Shown here: one piece after another, positions 58,732-64,000 of the stretch
How positions within the stretch are numbered: position 1 is the stretch's first letter
How the letters are laid out: the number at the start of each line of letters is the position of its first letter
Assembly (NCBI GenBank): GCA_036574205.1
Contig: JAINCQ010000018.1
Coordinates: forward strand, 32,001-96,000
DNA: 64,000 bases
Direction: 5' to 3'
DNA from: Elusimicrobiota bacterium
GTDB taxonomy: Bacteria; Elusimicrobiota; Elusimicrobia; Elusimicrobiales; UBA9959
Position numbers and translations under genes: made by a program
The notes under the pieces: model-generated
What the model saw: only the letters and a program-made list of their open reading frames with translations
Database searches by the model: none
Told to the model about the DNA's origin: nothing

Positions 58732-61367
58732 AGAAAAAATTAATAGTCATAACTTTGCTGCTTTTCACAACAAAAATTTTTCCATCTCCGCAGGAAAATC
58801 TTATGGACTTATCATATCAAAGTTTTGTTTATACAAAAGATTTAGAAAATGCTTATTTAATTGCCAAAAAAGCAACCAAAATGTATCCTCAAGATCTTAA
58901 ATGGCAAAATAGGCTTGCTCAAGTTTGTATGTGGACATCAAGGCAGGAAGAAGCTATAAAAATTTATAAGAAACTTTATTCAATAAAAAAAGATTTTTCT
59001 ATAGTTGAGCCGTACCTGTCAGAAATAAAAAGGATAGATAAAGATTTTTATGAAAGTATTTTAATAGAAAAAATAAGAGATTCTTATTCAGAAAAAGAGT
59101 TAACCTTGCTTTTTTCATTTTATATAGAAAATGGGGAAAAAGAAAAACTTTATAATCTACTAAGCAAATACGAAAACAAAATAAGAGACAAAAAAATTTT
59201 TTCTGAAATTGCTTTCTTTTTACTTGAGACAGGAAATGTAGAAAAAGCAATTTCCTTATATGAGAAATCCTTAAAACCTGATGAATGTTTTTTTTATAAA
59301 AGAGCTGGCTGGCTTTATTTTGCTTCAAAACAAAACAATAAAGCAATAGAGATTCTTTCTACCAACCTTAATAAATGCCTTAATGAAGAAGAATTTCCTC
59401 ATCTTCTTGCGGATATAGCATTAATAAATGGAGATTTTGAAATTGAAATGAAAGCCAGAAACTTAGCATATAAATCAGGAAATTATAGGGAAATAGACGC
59501 TGAAATACTTTTTAAATATTATTTTCCAGGACAAAAAGAAATTGCAAGAGATATAGCGCTTTCTGCCTGGAAAAAATTTTCCAAAAAATATTTCTTTCAA
59601 CTTTTTCTTTCAACTTACCAGAACCCAAAAGAAAAACTTTACAATTTAAAACTTTTTTCCCCAGAAAGTATTTACGAACAGGATTTTTTCAATGTATATC
59701 TTGAAAACTTTAATTTATTATCAGCTAAAGAAAAAGAAATTTTAAAAGAAATAGCATTTAAATCAGAAGATGAGAATATCCTTTCCTCATACCTCTGGAC
59801 TCTTGTCTCATCAGGCAATTTTGAAGAAAGAAAAAAAGCAGCTTTGAATTTTTCTTGTTCGCTTAATAAAAAAACTAACTCATTGTTAGCACTTGCATTT
59901 TTGAAAATGTCTGTACATATGTATAGAGATGCTATGGCTTGTATTACTCTTTATGGACGAAATTTTCCAAATTCTCCTCATTTTTTAATAAATTATGGTG
60001 ATTTTTTGCAAAATGCTGGATTTGATACTGAATCAACTTTTTACAAAAGACTTGCCTACGAAAGTTATCTAAGAAATCCACCTTTTGACTTGCAAAACAT
60101 AGCAAATTTTTTAAGGCTATCAATGGAATTTTCAGACTCTTATAACTATGAGGAAATGCTTAATAGTTATAAAGATAAAATTTCAACCAATGATTATTAC
60201 GATTTATACATTTCATTTTTGATTTCAAAAAACCTTCCAGAAAAAACTGCATATACAATTAAAAATAGTTCTCACAAACCTGATTGGGCAAGATTCTATC
60301 TTTTTACTAATAAACTGGGGGAGTTTGAAAAAAATTCAGTCTCAGGAGACAACCCAGAGTTGCTTTCCTCTTTTTACTTACTTAATAAAAACATATCTTA
60401 TGCAATTGAAAATTTATGGAAAGCCTTAGAAAACGCTCCTGATTCTTATGTGTCACAAAATGCATGGAGAGACATTTCTGAAAAAATATATCCACTCTAC
60501 AATATAACAGGGGAATACTCTTACAGAGACTTTGCTGAAAAAAAAGAAATTTCAGCAGGTTTTTCTAAAATTATCTCAAAAAAAGTAAAAGCAAATGTTA
60601 AGATTTCATCATGGGATATGAATCTTTTATCAAAGCAGGATTTTTCTACAAAAAACATAAACGGAAGTAATATATATCTTGGTCTTGATGGCAATAATTG
60701 GTCAATATATGCAGGATATGAAAAAAAAATGAAAGATTTTTATCCTGTTAAAATGGAAATTAATCTTCCATTTAAAAATGTTAATTACAAAACCTCGCTT
60801 TCTATAAATAATACAAGCAAAGATACTTTTCTATTAGAGATATCAGGTATGGAAAACTCTTTATATCAAGAATTAAACTTTAAAACAGGTTATGGATCTT
60901 TTGTTAACGCAAACTTACTAATTTACGAATATTATGATCAAAACGGTTTATATTTAGGCAAAGGTTTAAAGGAAGAAATTTCCTTTTTTAAAAAAATGCG
61001 CTTTTTCTCATTACGCCCATACTTAAAGCAAGCATCTTATTCAAAAGCTCCATACTCATCAAAAGCATTGGCTTATAAAATTTCTTCTTACAATCCAGTG
61101 TTAATTCTGCCTGAAAATTTTAAAGAGGCAGGTTTATCCATATATTTATTTGAAAAAAACAGACCCAGAAAAACAAGATGGAATTTTCCACTAAATTTAA
61201 ATATCTCTTACAACTCATCAACAAAAATGTATTATTCGGCAAATGTAAGATTGATTAAAGAAATAAGAAAAAAAGGAGACATCTCAATTGATATAGGTTA
61301 TTCAAAAGCTAATTCAACCAACAAGGATTCCATATTTTCCTGTAAGGCTTTGCTGAATTTTAGATAA
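58728..61367 (+). CDS. pelB: PelB-like TPR + C-terminal beta-barrel secretion protein
   Basis: Own signal peptide, TPRs (W..RLAQV..W), beta-strand C-terminus ending NFR; last gene of the pel operon. Confidence 0.72.
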   Translation: MKKKLIVITLLLFTTKIFPSPQENLMDLSYQSFVYTKDLENAYLIAKKATKMYPQDLKWQNRLAQVCMWTSRQEEAIKIYKKLYSIKKDFSIVEPYLSEIKRIDKDFYESILIEKIRDSYSEKELTLLFSFYIENGEKEKLYNLLSKYENKIRDKKIFSEIAFFLLETGNVEKAISLYEKSLKPDECFFYKRAGWLYFASKQNNKAIEILSTNLNKCLNEEEFPHLLADIALINGDFEIEMKARNLAYKSGNYREIDAEILFKYYFPGQKEIARDIALSAWKKFSKKYFFQLFLSTYQNPKEKLYNLKLFSPESIYEQDFFNVYLENFNLLSAKEKEILKEIAFKSEDENILSSYLWTLVSSGNFEERKKAALNFSCSLNKKTNSLLALAFLKMSVHMYRDAMACITLYGRNFPNSPHFLINYGDFLQNAGFDTESTFYKRLAYESYLRNPPFDLQNIANFLRLSMEFSDSYNYEEMLNSYKDKISTNDYYDLYISFLISKNLPEKTAYTIKNSSHKPDWARFYLFTNKLGEFEKNSVSGDNPELLSSFYLLNKNISYAIENLWKALENAPDSYVSQNAWRDISEKIYPLYNITGEYSYRDFAEKKEISAGFSKIISKKVKANVKISSWDMNLLSKQDFSTKNINGSNIYLGLDGNNWSIYAGYEKKMKDFYPVKMEINLPFKNVNYKTSLSINNTSKDTFLLEISGMENSLYQELNFKTGYGSFVNANLLIYEYYDQNGLYLGKGLKEEISFFKKMRFFSLRPYLKQASYSKAPYSSKALAYKISSYNPVLILPENFKEAGLSIYLFEKNRPRKTRWNFPLNLNISYNSSTKMYYSANVRLIKEIRKKGDISIDIGYSKANSTNKDSIFSCKALLNFR

Positions 61368-61452
61368 TTTAAGTATGACTCATACAGAATTTTTTTATAG
61401 CATTTAGTCTTTTTTCTGTGCTTTGTGTGGTAAGTAATGACCTTTGTGTGAA

Positions 61453-61648
61453 CTATTCCTTCTTAAGCTTATGTGATAATGTGCTGGGACTGCGATTAAG
61501 AATTCCTGCTATTTCCCTGAATTTTAAGCCTCGCCTTTGTAAAACTAACAGTTTGTTGTGCTCATAATTTGTTTAAGTGTTTGTATTTTATATCTACCTC
61601 TTATTCTACGGCAAATATGTTTTTTGTTGTGTTAGTGTTTTGAACTCG
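61453..61648 (-). mobile_element. IS30-family remnant (probable left end plus decayed HTH of the transposase)
   Basis: After GAGGT: ATA-KYKHL / frameshift / TNYEHNKLLVLQRRGLKFREIAGILNRSPSTLSHKLKKE* (61591-61453), matching the IS30 N-terminal HTH pattern; candidate IR 61648-61625. Confidence 0.75.
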
Positions 61649-61657
61649 TGTATCTAT

Positions 61658-61871
61658 TATCTATACATACCTGTCTGCGTGCCTGCCTGAGCGAAGATCC
61701 TCGCAGTCAGGCGGACACGCACAGACAGGTTGGAGTTTTTATGAGTTTCACCCTCACCTTAATCCTCTCCCATTTTTCACCCTCATCCTTCACCTTCCCC
61801 CATCAAGGAGGAAAGGAAAGTTTGACCGTTCCCGGAAGTGAGTGCCGGACTGACCGCCCCAGTCAGTCTAC
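61658..61871. repeat. Nested-hairpin repeat copy 3 plus REP-like hairpins (right flank of pel cluster)
   Basis: Same orientation as copies 1 and 2; followed by CACCCTCA units and the GACTGAC/GTCAGTC hairpin. Confidence 0.9.
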
Positions 61872-61980
61872 GCTTTCACAGCCTTAAAAATCTTTCAATA
61901 TGTTTATTTTGCATTATTGAAAACTTATTTTTGTTTTATATTGTTGTAAAAATGTAAAATATTTGTAAATAGGAGGAATG

Positions 61981-64000
61981 ATGAGCTTTGTTTTTCTGGT
62001 TTTTTCATTTTTTTTAAATTTAAATGGAGAGAATATGAGAAAAATAGAACCACCGGTTGCAAAAAAAATACCATATAGATTAGAAAAACATGGTGATGTA
62101 AGGATTGATAATTATTTCTGGCTTAAAGATCGTGACTCAAAGGATGTCATTGATTATCTAAAAGCGGAAAATAAATATACTGAGTTGGTAATGAAGGATT
62201 ATAAAAAGGTTGAGAAACAAATTTATAAAGAACTTAAAAGCAGGATAAAAGAGGATTATCAAACAGCCCCTGTAAAATATAAAAATTATCTTTATTTTAA
62301 AAGATATAAAAAAGGGAAAGATTATCCTATTTACTACAGAAAAAAGATAGGGCTGGAAAAACCAGAGTTGTTATTAGATGTAAACGATATAGCAAAAGAT
62401 AGGGAGTTTTGCCATGTTTCAAAAGTTCAGGTAAGCCCTTCCCAGGAAATTCTTGCTTATGCGGTGGATTATGTTGGAAGGAGGTTTTACACAATATATT
62501 TTAAAGATTTAAAAACCGGCAAAATGCTTGATACAAAGATAGAAAATGTTACTTCAAATTTTGCATGGTCAAATGATTCAAATATTATTTATTATGTGAA
62601 ACAAGATAGTGAAACTTTAAGATGGCAGGGAGTCTGGAAATTTAATATAAAATCAAAAACTACCCAAAAATTATATTATGAAGATGACAAAACATATTCA
62701 GTTTATCTTACCAAGTCTAATTCTGAAAATTATCTTTTTATGACGATAGATTCCACTCTTACTACTGAGGTTAGATATCTGGAACCTGGCAGTGAAAATG
62801 AAGTGTTTAAAATATTTCGTCCTCGCCAAAAAGGGCTTGAGTATTATGTAGAAGATGGTGGTGATAGATTTTTTATAAGGAGTAATGATAATGCTAAAAA
62901 TTTTAAAATTTCTTATGTCATGAAAGATGAAAACCACACGGATAAAAATTTATGGAAAAATCTCATTGAACATAACGATAGTGTGTTGTTAGAGGATATG
63001 GAGGTTTTTAAGGATTGGATCGTTATAATGGAAAGAGAAAATGGGCTTGTTAATTTTAGGATTATAGATAGAAATAACGGAGGATTTTCGTATATAAAGT
63101 TTCCAGATGAGGTATACTCTGCCTCATTTGGTGAAAATCTTGAATATGAAACTAATTATTTTAGATATGAGTATGAATCCATGGTAAATCCTCCTTCTAC
63201 TTATGATTATGATTTTTTGAATAAAAATTCTATTCTTGTAAAAAGAAAAGAAGTTCCAAACTATAATCCTTCTGAATATGAAACTAAAAGAGTATGGATT
63301 TCTGCTCGTGATGGTGTGAGGGTACCTTTAAGTATTCTTTATAAAAAAAATTCGTCTAATGATAAGTTGTATTTATATGGTTATGGTTCATATGGTTACT
63401 CTATTGATCCTTATTTTAACTCTACCCTTTTCCCTCTTGTTGATAGAGGTTTTGTTTATGTTATAGCTCATATAAGAGGAGGAAGCGAATTAGGAAGAGC
63501 CTGGTATGAAAACGGAAGACAACTTAATAAAAAGAATACATTTTACGATTTTATAGACGCAACAAAAGCCTTGATTGAATTAGGATATGGCAAAAACGGA
63601 GTTTTTGCTGAAGGTGGCTCTGCTGGCGGGCTTTTAATGGGCGCGATTGCAAACATAGCTCCAGAACTTTATAAAGGTATAATATCCGAAGTTCCCTTCG
63701 TTGATGTTTTAACTACTATGCTTGATGAATCTATTCCTCTTACTACATCAGAATATGATGAATGGGGTAATCCAAACATAAAAGAATATTATGATTATAT
63801 AAAATCATATTCTCCCTACGATAATATAGAAAAGAAATGCTATCCAAATATCCTTGTTACCTCTGGATATAATGATTCACAGGTTCAATATTGGGAGCCT
63901 GCAAAATGGGTTGCCAAATTGAGGGATAATAACGAATGTGATTCTTTTATATTGCTTAAAATGGATATGTCTAGTGGTCATTCTGGTAAAACTGGAAGAT
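61981..64000 (+). CDS. ptrB: Oligopeptidase B (S9A), 3'-truncated by window end
   Basis: AGGAGG RBS; PPVAKKIP...HGDVRIDNYFWLKDR; YGYGSYG; HIRGGSELGR.WYE; catalytic GGSAGG; VPFVDV; EWGNP; DSQVQYWEPAKWVAKLR. Confidence 0.95.
   Translation, partial: MSFVFLVFSFFLNLNGENMRKIEPPVAKKIPYRLEKHGDVRIDNYFWLKDRDSKDVIDYLKAENKYTELVMKDYKKVEKQIYKELKSRIKEDYQTAPVKYKNYLYFKRYKKGKDYPIYYRKKIGLEKPELLLDVNDIAKDREFCHVSKVQVSPSQEILAYAVDYVGRRFYTIYFKDLKTGKMLDTKIENVTSNFAWSNDSNIIYYVKQDSETLRWQGVWKFNIKSKTTQKLYYEDDKTYSVYLTKSNSENYLFMTIDSTLTTEVRYLEPGSENEVFKIFRPRQKGLEYYVEDGGDRFFIRSNDNAKNFKISYVMKDENHTDKNLWKNLIEHNDSVLLEDMEVFKDWIVIMERENGLVNFRIIDRNNGGFSYIKFPDEVYSASFGENLEYETNYFRYEYESMVNPPSTYDYDFLNKNSILVKRKEVPNYNPSEYETKRVWISARDGVRVPLSILYKKNSSNDKLYLYGYGSYGYSIDPYFNSTLFPLVDRGFVYVIAHIRGGSELGRAWYENGRQLNKKNTFYDFIDATKALIELGYGKNGVFAEGGSAGGLLMGAIANIAPELYKGIISEVPFVDVLTTMLDESIPLTTSEYDEWGNPNIKEYYDYIKSYSPYDNIEKKCYPNILVTSGYNDSQVQYWEPAKWVAKLRDNNECDSFILLKMDMSSGHSGKTGR

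Overview
AT-rich chromosomal segment of a diderm bacterium (LolA, TolQ/R/A-type genes and lipoproteins present). My unverified impression is an Elusimicrobiota-like lineage. Most of it is housekeeping: trxB, queD, maf, cutA, purE, mtnA, groES/groEL with two CIRCE-like operators, pgsA/pgpA, lolA, ftsK, accB, pnp, rpsO, glnA, cinA and a truncated oligopeptidase B. It also holds a REC-GGDEF / Ser-Thr kinase / PP2C / FHA operon and a complete Pel exopolysaccharide cluster (pelC-D-E-F-G-A plus a two-part pelB). The pel cluster lies between 99-bp direct repeats and next to an IS30 scar. The most unusual signal is non-coding. All three tRNA genes (His-GUG, Arg-UCU, Ser-GCU) are followed by the same modular, GC-rich, structured trailer. 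Each trailer contains a 10-11 nt sequence complementary to that particular tRNA's T-arm and a second copy of the tRNA 3' end 145-146 bp downstream, and the shared helices show compensatory changes. Other notable items are a tandem repeat duplicating the 5' end of tRNA-Ser, a candidate ~50-nt C-rich-loop sRNA with its own promoter and terminator, an HPr-like protein with both phosphorylation sites replaced, and a frameshifted MFS gene. All calls were made by eye; no database searches were run.
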